Of a stretch of DNA of 34,856 nt, positions 24,400 to 32,808 are shown piece after piece. The DNA comes from a virus: the IMG/VR virus record IMGVR_UViG_3300038528_000023. The stretch is one strand, 5' to 3'. The position numbers were made by a program, and so were the translations under genes. The first letter of the stretch is position 1; the number at the start of each line of letters is the position of its first letter. The notes beneath the pieces were generated by a model. That model saw only the letters and a list, made by a program, of their open reading frames with translations. It was not told where the DNA came from and ran no database searches.

Positions 24400-25489
24400 C
24401 TTGCTGCCGCCAAACACCACCGCGCTTGAACGGCGAATAGAGCAAGTCTCTGCCGATCTGGTAGCGGCCATCGCCCCGTTTGACGCCCTTTGGGATGCCC
24501 AGCGCATGCCCGTGCACATGCTGCCCTGGCTGGGCTGGGCGACCGGCGTCGACCACTGGAGCACTGACTGGCCAGAACAGGTTAAGCGCGACGCCATAAG
24601 CGAAGCTATTCCTATTCGCCGCCGACGCGGAACCGTGTGGGCTGTCCGCCGAGCCCTGGAGGTTTTGGGCTTTAGTGATGTCGAGATCCTGGAGCACACT
24701 AGGCAGGATTCAGCCTGGCGCGAAGCCGGCGGCCTGTATGTCGATGGCAGCTTTACGGTCGATGGCACCGCTGTTCTCGGCGGACACCTGGTTAACCCGC
24801 CCAAAGTCGTCACCACCAACTGGGCTCAGTACGCCCTGGCTTTCAACATTGCAGACGCTCCGTTCACAGCCGCAGACCAGCGCCGTGTCCGGGACCGCGT
24901 CGAGAGCGCAGCCCCGCTCAGGTCCGAGCTTGTGGCGCTGCTGTATCAGTATGCCGCCACCTGGTCTGCAGAAATTACCGTCTCACCGCTAACCCAGACA
25001 GTGCAGCAGTCCTGGCAGGGCTGCGAGGGCGCACCTGTTCACCGGGCGCGCCAGCTCATGGGGTGCCAGTCCCTTTCCGGCGACTACCTCCCTCGAGTCC
25101 TTGACGGCTTCAATTCTTTGCGCGGGGACTACCAGCTCACCGGCCAGCAACCGACCGGCGAACCGCTGGACCAGGGCTGGGGCACCATCGACATACAGAT
25201 TAAGCAGCGCACCACCGCCGCCGCGCAAGCCTCAAGCCGGAACCACTGGACTCTGGGCGAAACCGAAACCGACACGCTGGATGCCAGCTGGGGCCTGAAC
25301 GAGATCATCGACGGCCACCGCTCCATTGACGGCACCTGGGGGCTCGCTCTTTCCCAGCTATACCAGGTCCGAAAAACACCACTGGACGGCATTCGGCTGC
25401 TGGGAGAAAAGACAACCATTAATTCCATCGGGACAGACGCCCATGCCGTGCTACGGGACCGCAGACAGCGCAAGGAGATTCGATTGTGA
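24392..25489 (+). CDS. I: Tail protein I (P2 gpI family) with a ~190-aa C-terminal extension
   Basis: MASLLPPNTTALERRIEQVSADL...MLPWLGWATGVDHWSTDWPEQVKRDAISEAIPIRRRRGTVWAVRRALEVLGF is gpI-like. At 365 aa it is about twice the size of P2 gpI. Confidence 0.8.
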   Translation: MASLLPPNTTALERRIEQVSADLVAAIAPFDALWDAQRMPVHMLPWLGWATGVDHWSTDWPEQVKRDAISEAIPIRRRRGTVWAVRRALEVLGFSDVEILEHTRQDSAWREAGGLYVDGSFTVDGTAVLGGHLVNPPKVVTTNWAQYALAFNIADAPFTAADQRRVRDRVESAAPLRSELVALLYQYAATWSAEITVSPLTQTVQQSWQGCEGAPVHRARQLMGCQSLSGDYLPRVLDGFNSLRGDYQLTGQQPTGEPLDQGWGTIDIQIKQRTTAAAQASSRNHWTLGETETDTLDASWGLNEIIDGHRSIDGTWGLALSQLYQVRKTPLDGIRLLGEKTTINSIGTDAHAVLRDRRQRKEIRL

Positions 25490-25845
25490 CAACCGTGATA
25501 CCCGCAACTGAAATATACCGGGCGAAGGTGGCGGCCGCAGCGGCTGCCGGCACCGCTGTGCCAGCCATAACCGCTGTGGCCTGGGGCACCGGGAGCGCGC
25601 CAACAAGCCCAGACGATCAGGCCCTGGCCAGCGAGGACCACCGGCAGGCGGTGGATTCCGCCGTGGCCGATGGCGTCACCCTGAAAATCGGCGCAACGCT
25701 GGAAGGCGACAGCGTGCTGGGGCGGTCCATTCGGGAAATCGGCCTGTTCGATTCCGAGGGTGACCTGGCCGCACGAAGAGTTCACAGCCCGCTGGAGCTG
25801 GATTCCGGCACCAGCATTGTCGCGACACTAGACCTACAGTTCTGA
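25486..25845 (+). CDS. Stand-alone tail-fibre N-terminal (tail-collar, DUF3751-like) adaptor protein
   Basis: AKVAAAAAAGTAVPAITAVAWGTGS...IREIGLFDSEGDLAARRVHSPLELDSGTSIVATLDLQF parallels the first ~140 aa of P2 gpH. It ends with its own stop codon. Confidence 0.6.
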   Translation: MTTVIPATEIYRAKVAAAAAAGTAVPAITAVAWGTGSAPTSPDDQALASEDHRQAVDSAVADGVTLKIGATLEGDSVLGRSIREIGLFDSEGDLAARRVHSPLELDSGTSIVATLDLQF

Positions 25846-25862
25846 TCAGACGAGGACCAACC

Positions 25863-27887
25863 ATGACACAGCAAATTACCATTACCGACCCGCAGTTCAG
25901 CGAAGAGCTGCGCGCCATTCAGACCACCGACCCGGCACATCCGGACACCTGGAACCCGCAGTTCACCGATCTGCTGGCCAATGACCACTGGCTGCGCACC
26001 CTGATCCTGCAAACCCAGAACCAGGTGGAAGACATTCTGGGCAGTGACCCTATCAACCTGTCAGATCGGCTTGACGCCCTGGTTCAATACGGCGCGCAAC
26101 GCGTTTTTGTTGAGCGTGCAGAACAAGTGCCTGAGTTTGTGATCGAATCCGCTGTGGGCGGCGATGACAGCATCGACCTGGTAAGCACTGCCGGCATTCA
26201 GCCTGGCCAGCACTATTTCATTGTTGACTCTGGAAACACCCAAAGCGTTCGGGTTCGTCAAGTGCTCTCGGATAAGCGCATCACGCTGTACGGCTCGCTC
26301 ACCAGCACCGTCGCTGTGGGCTCAACCCTTGGCCGCCTTGCTCCGGCAGAGTACGCAACGCCAGAGCTGACAGACATGGAGCGCGGCGCTTATTTGCACG
26401 TGCAGGGCTCAAACCTGGCAGCACGGTATTGGATCGGCAGTGCGTGGCAGAACCTGACAGCACGGGCAGACGGCAGCTGGAACATCCCCAGCAACGTCAC
26501 GCGCTTGCGCGTGATGGGCGTTATTTCCCGCGTCGCGATCATCACAGCCTTGCCGATCGGCGTCACCCGCCGCCCCGAAAACATCTCACCGGCCGCCGCC
26601 GCCACCGGTGTAACAGCAACGCCAGAGTTGGTCGGTTCGCCTTATTACCCCCTGTACGGCGTGCCGCAAAATCTCCGCCGGTTTTACATCTTCAGACTGA
26701 ACGAAGACGTGCCAGTCTACGAAGCCGACGAGACGCCGCTTGACGAAAATCCGATCGAAGCTCACACGGTTGCATCGCCAATAGACGTGGGCTCAGATCA
26801 CGAATGGCAGTACCAGGACGAAAACGTGGAAGGCGAGTGGGCGCAGCGCTCACCCCGCACCCGTTTCGGTACCGCTGACACCTACATCGACACGCCGAGC
26901 GTTACAAGCCCGGCAGCTGGCGCAACCGACATACCTGAGCAGCCGGTTATCGAGCTGTCCGCATTTAACGTAATCAGCGGCACAGACGAGCACGTGGCCA
27001 CGTCACTGCGTATTCGCGACAGCGCCGGCGGCATTGTTTACGACGTGATCCGCTCTGAAACGCAGCTCACCAGCGTCACGGTGCCCGCAGATATCCTGCA
27101 GCCAGGCCAGACTTACACTATTGAGCCGCAGTACCACGGCGCGGTCTATGGCGATTCCGCCCGCGGCGCCGGCAGCAGCATCACAACGTCTGCATCGTTT
27201 GTGCCTGATTTTGATACCGAGATCGGCGCACCCTACGGCGGCGGTTATGTCGCGGGCAAAATTGTCTCAGATTACGACGGTCAGACGTACGGCCTTGTTG
27301 TGTCGGACGGCGGTGGCGACAGCGTTAAGATGGGCGACGGAACAATGAGCTGGCGCACCGCTAACATGGCTGTGACCGGCACTGCAGGCGTGCCGCCGAT
27401 GACCCTGGCCGACGGCCGCACAAATCACAACGCCATTCTTGCGCTGAATAGCTTGTCTGAGTTTCCGGCTTTTAAGTGGATTGAAGACAACTGCAACGCG
27501 GCCCAGGGTCTGAATGGCCACACCGACTGGTACCTGCCAAGCCGCGACGAGCTTGAAATCCTCTATCGAAACTTCAAGCCCGACACCACGGCAAACAACA
27601 CCTCCGCTCGCCAAACTACGGGTTTCGGCGGTGATGGCGCCACTTTCGGTACTAACGCAAATTCGCGACCCACTCAAACTGGCTACACCGCAGGAGACCC
27701 AGCGCAAACCGACCGTGAAAGCTTCAAAGGCGCGTCCGCCGACGCTTTCGAGCCCAGCAACTACTGGTCATCGACGGAGGTCGATGCGAGCAGCGCCTGG
27801 GGCCAGAAGTTCAGCAATGGCAGCCAGTACCGGTACTACAAGACGAGCAGCACCCGGGTGCGTGCCGTCAGGAGGATTGCACTTTAA
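25863..27887 (+). CDS. DGR target: tail-fibre distal protein with C-terminal DUF1566 / C-type-lectin-fold variable domain
   Basis: GAGGA Shine-Dalgarno. The C-terminus HTDWYLPSRDELEILY...NYWSSTEVDASSAWGQKFSNGSQYRYYKTSSTRVRAVRRIAL has DUF1566-like motifs. The last 135 coding nt before the final 4 codons form the VR. Confidence 0.85.
   Translation: MTQQITITDPQFSEELRAIQTTDPAHPDTWNPQFTDLLANDHWLRTLILQTQNQVEDILGSDPINLSDRLDALVQYGAQRVFVERAEQVPEFVIESAVGGDDSIDLVSTAGIQPGQHYFIVDSGNTQSVRVRQVLSDKRITLYGSLTSTVAVGSTLGRLAPAEYATPELTDMERGAYLHVQGSNLAARYWIGSAWQNLTARADGSWNIPSNVTRLRVMGVISRVAIITALPIGVTRRPENISPAAAATGVTATPELVGSPYYPLYGVPQNLRRFYIFRLNEDVPVYEADETPLDENPIEAHTVASPIDVGSDHEWQYQDENVEGEWAQRSPRTRFGTADTYIDTPSVTSPAAGATDIPEQPVIELSAFNVISGTDEHVATSLRIRDSAGGIVYDVIRSETQLTSVTVPADILQPGQTYTIEPQYHGAVYGDSARGAGSSITTSASFVPDFDTEIGAPYGGGYVAGKIVSDYDGQTYGLVVSDGGGDSVKMGDGTMSWRTANMAVTGTAGVPPMTLADGRTNHNAILALNSLSEFPAFKWIEDNCNAAQGLNGHTDWYLPSRDELEILYRNFKPDTTANNTSARQTTGFGGDGATFGTNANSRPTQTGYTAGDPAQTDRESFKGASADAFEPSNYWSSTEVDASSAWGQKFSNGSQYRYYKTSSTRVRAVRRIAL
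27740..27874 (+). repeat. DGR variable repeat (VR)
   Basis: 135 bp collinear with the TR at a constant offset of 696 nt. There are 13 mismatches, 12 of them opposite TR adenines. Confidence 0.9.
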
Positions 27888-27922
27888 ACTTTTCTTTCCA
27901 CTTTTATTTGGGGTGTTTCGCT

Positions 27923-28264
27923 ATGAAGGCGAAAGAATTGCCGATTTATCGGGACACATTTGAGCTCATGAAATTGATCACCCAGATGACGCGGAATTTC
28001 CCGCGTGATCTGAAGATATCCCTGGGCGAGCGGTTGAGATCCGATTGCCTGGACATCGTGATCAACGTGTACCGCGCCAACGCGGCGCGAGATGGCCGCC
28101 GGCCGATAATCTCAGCCATTTTGGAGACCGTTCAAGTGGTTGAAATGACCATCCGGCTTTGCTGCGACCTTGCGTTAATCAGTAAAAAACAGCACGGCCA
28201 GCTGGTTGAGCGAACGGACGCTATCGGCCGTCAGGCCTACGGCTGGGAAAAGGCGAGTAAGTGA
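27923..28264 (+). CDS. avd: Accessory variability determinant (Avd-like four-helix-bundle protein)
   Basis: 113 aa. MKAKELPIYRDTFELMKLITQMTRNFPRDLKISLGERLRSDCLDIVINVYRAN matches the four-helix-bundle / 23S-rRNA-IVS protein family used as Avd. It lies between the target and the TR. Confidence 0.8.
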   Translation: MKAKELPIYRDTFELMKLITQMTRNFPRDLKISLGERLRSDCLDIVINVYRANAARDGRRPIISAILETVQVVEMTIRLCCDLALISKKQHGQLVERTDAIGRQAYGWEKASK

Positions 28265-28435
28265 CTTTTCAGGTAAACACGGCCAGAACGCGCAGGGCCA
28301 AGGCTTTGCGCGGCGAGCCAATAATCTCGGACTGCTCCCGCAGGGTTCGGCTTGCCCGGGCCCCGCGAAAAGGCGAAAGCCAGTTTCACGGCGGTTTTAA
28401 TATCCCGCGGTGCGACGTGACAGTGAGCAGCTTAA

Positions 28436-28570
28436 CGACGCTTTCGAGCCCAGCAACTACTGGTCATCGACGGAGAACGATGCGAGCAACGCCTGGAACC
28501 AGAACTTCAACAATGGCAACCAGAACCGGAACAACAAGACGAACAGCAACCGGGTGCGTGCCGTCAGGAG
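28436..28570 (+). repeat. DGR template repeat (TR)
   Basis: Non-coding copy of the VR. In the target frame it holds 12 AAC codons plus one AAT, and 43 adenines by hand count. It ends 6 nt before the RT start. Confidence 0.9.
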
Positions 28571-28576
28571 ATCATA

Positions 28577-29680
28577 GTGTTTACTGTTGAAGAGGTCTTT
28601 CAAGCTTATTACGATTGCCGCAGAAATAAGCGCAATGCGCTGTCACAGTGCGATTTCGAGCTGCGACTGGAGCGCAATCTCATGAAGTTAATGCGCGACC
28701 TTAACGCTGGCGCCTATCGCATTGGCCGGTCAATCGCATTTGTGGTCAGTTACCCAAAATGGCGCGAAGTGTGGGCGGCTCAGTTCCGCGACAGGGTGGT
28801 GCACCACATCATCTACAACCGGGTGTCTGACCGCTTCTATCGCCGGTTTATTCACGACAGCTATGCCTGCATCCCCGGGCGTGGCTCATTGAAAGGGGTT
28901 GAGCGGATCCACGGATTCATGCGCAAGGCGACTGAAAACTGGCAGCACCCCGCCTGCTTTCTGCAAGCCGATTTGGCGAATTTCTTTGTCAGCATCGATA
29001 AAGACATTCTGTTCAATTTGCTGCGCAAGCGAATAGACGACGATGAGACTCTCAATCTGACCGCTCAAGTGTTGTTTCACGACCCAACCCAGCGCCCGAT
29101 CGTGAACAGTCCGGCGTGGAAATTCCGCCACGTGCCGCACCACAAAAGCCTTTTCAATAGTGGTAACAAAGGGCTTCCGATCGGGAATCTATCGAGCCAG
29201 TTTTTCGCCAACGTTTATCTCGACGCTATGGACCAGTTCGTAAAGCGCGACCTGGGCGTGCGCTGGTACGGGCGTTATGTCGATGACGTGGTTCTGATCG
29301 GTAAAACGCCTGCAGAACTGAACGACGCGTTTGAGGCCATGAAAACGTTCGCGTTGACGCAGCTGGATGTACATTTCCACCCCAATAAAACGCAAAGAAA
29401 CAGCGTCTATCGCGGTATTAATTTCTGCGGCTACGTGATGCTGCCGCACCGCCGGTACGTTCGCCGGCGCAGCACAAATGCCATGAAAGCCGTAGCGCAC
29501 AGCGCCGAAAGACACGACAACCCAGAAGCCTGGGCCTCAAGAATGAACAGCTACCTGGGCATTTGCCAGCACGCCAACACCTACAACCTGCGGAAGTCGT
29601 TGGCCGTCGAAACCGGCATTGCCTTCCGTGGGCAACTAACGAAAGTCACCCCCTGCCAACCGAAGAGGACCGCAGCATGA
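28577..29680 (+). CDS. DGR reverse transcriptase
   Basis: 367 aa with a GTG start. It carries the DGR-specific motif LPIGNLSSQFFANVYL (I/LGxxxSQ), the catalytic YVDD, and SYACIPGRGSLKG. Confidence 0.9.
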   Translation: MFTVEEVFQAYYDCRRNKRNALSQCDFELRLERNLMKLMRDLNAGAYRIGRSIAFVVSYPKWREVWAAQFRDRVVHHIIYNRVSDRFYRRFIHDSYACIPGRGSLKGVERIHGFMRKATENWQHPACFLQADLANFFVSIDKDILFNLLRKRIDDDETLNLTAQVLFHDPTQRPIVNSPAWKFRHVPHHKSLFNSGNKGLPIGNLSSQFFANVYLDAMDQFVKRDLGVRWYGRYVDDVVLIGKTPAELNDAFEAMKTFALTQLDVHFHPNKTQRNSVYRGINFCGYVMLPHRRYVRRRSTNAMKAVAHSAERHDNPEAWASRMNSYLGICQHANTYNLRKSLAVETGIAFRGQLTKVTPCQPKRTAA

Positions 29681-30198
29681 GCAACAAATACGTTACCGCT
29701 TATTACCTGGACGCCAGAGACGGCCGCCCGGCCAACGAAGCGCCACTTCGCCACGGCCCGAAACGGCCCAGCGACAACCTGAAGGTCAGCGTAGTTGACC
29801 GGCGCCAGTCCCCCGCTCTGATCGTTGGGCACATTCCCTCCAGCGAGTCACCGGCTCCGGGCATGGTTCTGATCGATAAGGCCGAGCACGACAGCCTGGT
29901 GGCCGAGGTTGAGAGCTGGAGGATTGACAATGAAATGCGCGAGCTGCAGAAGTGGCGCGCCGGTATGGTGCTGTCCCGATTTCAAGCCCGCGCCGTTCTT
30001 CGCCGTTACGGTTACCGGGACCAGATCGAGCAAATGATGGCAGCGCCCGAGACCGACCCGCTCGCCGTGGACGCATGGAACGACGCCAGCGAGTTCCGGC
30101 GCCTGTCGCCAATGCTGAACGGCTTGGGCGCTCAGTTGGGCATTACAGATGATGAGCTTGATCTGATGTTTGAAGAGGGGATCGCCATCGAAGCCTAG
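29677..30198 (+). CDS. Putative tail-fibre assembly/chaperone-like protein (P2 gpG position)
   Basis: 173 aa with an ATGA overlap onto the RT stop. It is the last gene before the sheath gene. The function is inferred from position only. Confidence 0.35.
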   Translation: MSNKYVTAYYLDARDGRPANEAPLRHGPKRPSDNLKVSVVDRRQSPALIVGHIPSSESPAPGMVLIDKAEHDSLVAEVESWRIDNEMRELQKWRAGMVLSRFQARAVLRRYGYRDQIEQMMAAPETDPLAVDAWNDASEFRRLSPMLNGLGAQLGITDDELDLMFEEGIAIEA

Positions 30199-30229
30199 GG
30201 TCACCCAAAAGCCAGGGACGGCTGGGGTT

Positions 30230-30250
30230 TTGTGCGTTTGTTGCAGACAA
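30230..30250. promoter_or_regulatory. TTGT-N13-ACAA dyad upstream of the sheath gene (PF position)
   Basis: TTGTgcgtttgttgcagACAA, with its centre 87 bp upstream of the FI ATG. Confidence 0.5.
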
Positions 30251-30326
30251 CTTAAACGAATGGCTGCGAGCGCCGCAGGGTTCATCATGGCACCTATACC
30301 CCGGCAAAACCAAACCAGGAGGCGCT

Positions 30327-31841
30327 ATGCCAGACCAATACCACCACGGGGTTCGAGTGCTCGAAATCAACGAAGGCACCCGGACCATCCGTACCGTTGC
30401 AACAGCCATCATCGGCCTTGTGGCTACCGCTCCGGAAGCGTCCACTGGCGTAAAAGCCGAGGCCGCAATCCGAACCATTGCCGACAACGGCGATATCATT
30501 TTCACCGCCTTGGAGGCAGGCACTTCCGGAAACCAGATCCGCGTCCGGTACGTCGACCCAGGCACAGCAGCGTCCACCCTGGAAGTGACCGTGGCCGGGC
30601 AAGACATTACCGTCAGTCTGGCCACTGACGCCGAGGCGGTTGTTACCAGCACCGCACAGGACATCGTCACCGCCGTTAACGGCAGCGCCGAAGCTTCCGC
30701 CCTGGTCTCTGCAGCCCTGGACGATGGCAACACCGGCGCGGGCCTGGCCAACATCGCGGACTACACCAAGCTCAGCGGGGGCGAAAACGAAGCCTTCCCG
30801 CTGAACACCCCGGTACTGGTTACAAACGTTCTGGACGCCATTGGCGATGCGGGCACCACCGGTACTCTGCCAGCGGCACTGGACGCCATTGCAGACCAGG
30901 CCAGCGCCATTGTGGTGGTGGTGCGGGTAGAGGAAGGCGCTGAAGCCAACGAAACCGAGGCCAACGTGATTGGCACTGTCACCCCGGAAGGCAAAAAGAC
31001 TGGCCTGAAAGCGCTGTTGGCCGCCGAACAGAACCTGGGCGTAAAACCCCGCATAATCGGCGTGCCCGGCCTCGACACTGAGAACGTCACCGCTGAAACC
31101 ATCAGCATTGCCCAGAAGCTGCGGGCCTTCGTGTACGCCAGCTGCTACGGCTGCGCCACTATCGAAGACGCCATCATGTACCGCAATGGCTTCGGTGCCC
31201 GCGAGCTAATGCTTGTCTGGCCCGACTTCGTCGCCTTCAACGTGAACACCGCAACCTCTGGCACCGCTCACGCTGTCGCCCGAGCCATGGGCTTGCGCGC
31301 CAAGATCGATCAGCAGGTGGGCTGGCACAAAACCCTGTCTAACGTTGCTGTGAACGGCGTAACCGGCATCAATAAAGACGTGCACTGGGATCTGCAAGAC
31401 CCCAACACCGACGCCGGGCTGCTCAACGCCAACGAAGTCACCACCCTGATCCAGCGTGACGGCTTCCGGTTCTGGGGTTCCCGCACCTGCAGCGCAGACC
31501 CCTTGTTCCAGTTCGAGAACTACACCCGCACCGCCCAGATCCTGGCCGACACCATCGCCGAGGCGCACATGTGGGCAGTGGACAAACCCATGCACCCGTC
31601 GCTGGCAAAAGACATCATCGAAGGCATCAACGCCAAGTTCCGCGAACTCAAAGCGCTGGGCCTGCTGATCGATGCGCGCGCCCGGTTCGATGCAGAAGCC
31701 AACACCAAGGACACCCTGAAGGCTGGCAAGCTCTACATCGACTACGACTACACCCCAGTGCCCCCGCTGGAAAACCTCCTGCTGCGTCAGCGCATCACCG
31801 ACCGCTACCTGGTCGACTTCGCTGCCCGCGTGAACTCCTAA
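30327..31841 (+). CDS. FI: Tail sheath protein (P2 gpFI family) with a ~115-aa N-proximal insertion
   Basis: [34 protein letters not shown] and the C-terminus [26 protein letters not shown] parallel P2 FI. The protein is 504 aa against about 396 in P2. Confidence 0.9.
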   Translation: MPDQYHHGVRVLEINEGTRTIRTVATAIIGLVATAPEASTGVKAEAAIRTIADNGDIIFTALEAGTSGNQIRVRYVDPGTAASTLEVTVAGQDITVSLATDAEAVVTSTAQDIVTAVNGSAEASALVSAALDDGNTGAGLANIADYTKLSGGENEAFPLNTPVLVTNVLDAIGDAGTTGTLPAALDAIADQASAIVVVVRVEEGAEANETEANVIGTVTPEGKKTGLKALLAAEQNLGVKPRIIGVPGLDTENVTAETISIAQKLRAFVYASCYGCATIEDAIMYRNGFGARELMLVWPDFVAFNVNTATSGTAHAVARAMGLRAKIDQQVGWHKTLSNVAVNGVTGINKDVHWDLQDPNTDAGLLNANEVTTLIQRDGFRFWGSRTCSADPLFQFENYTRTAQILADTIAEAHMWAVDKPMHPSLAKDIIEGINAKFRELKALGLLIDARARFDAEANTKDTLKAGKLYIDYDYTPVPPLENLLLRQRITDRYLVDFAARVNS

Positions 31842-31854
31842 GGAGCATTGAACT

Positions 31855-32364
31855 ATGGCACTTCCCAAGAAGCTCAAACACTTCAACCTGTTCGGCAACG
31901 GTGACAACTGGCAGGGCCAGATTTCCTCCCTTACCCTGCCGCCCATGGTGCGCCAGATGGAAGAGTATCGCGGCGGCGGCATGAACGCCCCGGTCGATAT
32001 CGACATGGGCATGGAAAAGATGGAGTTCAGCTGGACGCCTGCCGGGCTGATTCCGGAGCTGTTCGACAACTTCGGTACCAACCGCCTGGACAGCGACATG
32101 CTCCGCTTTGCTGGCAGCTACCAGCGCGACGACACCGGCGAAACCGTACCGGTGGAAATCGTAGCCCGTGGCCGCCACCGCGAAATCAACATGGGCGATG
32201 CCGAAGCCGGCAGCGACAACACGCAGAGCATCACCACCACGCTCAGCTACTACAAGCTCACCATCGCCGGTGAAGAAATTGTAGAAATCGACGTGACCAA
32301 CATGGTCGAGCGCGTACGTGGCACCGATCGCCTGGAAGAGCACCGCCAGAACATCGGCCTATAA
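31855..32364 (+). CDS. FII: Tail tube protein (P2 gpFII family)
   Basis: MALPKKLKHFNLFGNGDNWQGQISSLTLPPMVRQMEEYRGGGMNAPVDIDMGMEKMEF is FII-like. Confidence 0.9.
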   Translation: MALPKKLKHFNLFGNGDNWQGQISSLTLPPMVRQMEEYRGGGMNAPVDIDMGMEKMEFSWTPAGLIPELFDNFGTNRLDSDMLRFAGSYQRDDTGETVPVEIVARGRHREINMGDAEAGSDNTQSITTTLSYYKLTIAGEEIVEIDVTNMVERVRGTDRLEEHRQNIGL

Positions 32365-32377
32365 GGAGCCCTAGCTC

Positions 32378-32668
32378 ATGGGCAAGAACGAAGCCAACAA
32401 CGTTACTGTTGCCCTGGACACGCCTATCCAGCGTGACGGTGAGAAAATCGAAACCATCACCCTGCGCAAGCCGATGGCCGGAGAGCTGCGAGGGCTGAGC
32501 CTGGCCGACGTGCTGAACCTGGACGTGGACAGCATTACCAAGCTGGTGCCCCGCATCAGTAACCCCATCCTTACTGAACACGAGGTCCGCAACATGGATC
32601 CCGCAGACCTGGTCGAAGCGGGCAAGGAGATTGCCGGTTTTTTGCTGCAGAAGCGGCACAAGGGGTAA
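32378..32668 (+). CDS. E: Tail assembly chaperone E (P2 gpE family)
   Basis: 96 aa. VALDTPIQRDGEKIETITLRKPMAGELRGLSLADVLNLDVDSITKLVPRIS is gpE-like. Confidence 0.85.
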   Translation: MGKNEANNVTVALDTPIQRDGEKIETITLRKPMAGELRGLSLADVLNLDVDSITKLVPRISNPILTEHEVRNMDPADLVEAGKEIAGFLLQKRHKG

Positions 32669-32808
32669 TCCCTCGCCGCGTTGACGACGCCATGGCAGAC
32701 GTGGCCGCCATCTTTCACTGGCGCCCCGCTGACATGGCCGATATGACCATAGCCGAACTGATGGAGTGGCGGGAGCACGCCCGCAAGCGCAGCCAGCCGG
32801 AGGAATGA
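32378..32808 (+). CDS. Tail assembly chaperone E+E' (programmed -1 frameshift product)
   Basis: Slipping -1 on T TTT TTG (32638-32644) opens a frame reading AAEAAQGVIPRRVDDAMADVAAIFHWRPADMADMTIAELMEWREHARKRSQPEE. It stops at 32806-32808, overlapping the tape measure start. Confidence 0.75.
32638..32644 (+). other. Slippery heptamer T TTT TTG for the E/E' -1 frameshift
   Basis: Same heptamer and same position (near the 3' end of E) as in P2. Confidence 0.75.

Noticed and set aside
28261-28590. 109-aa plus-strand ORF spanning the avd-RT spacer and the TR
   Set aside because: It reads the TR out of the target frame, giving an Arg/Thr-rich nonsense-like peptide, and has no Shine-Dalgarno. The region is better explained as the non-coding DGR RNA (spacer + TR).
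30209-30229. Short hairpin CCAG-ggacgg-CTGG followed by GGTTTT after the gpG-position gene
   Set aside because: The 4-bp stem is too weak, and the T-run is part of the TTGT dyad arm of the putative PF promoter.
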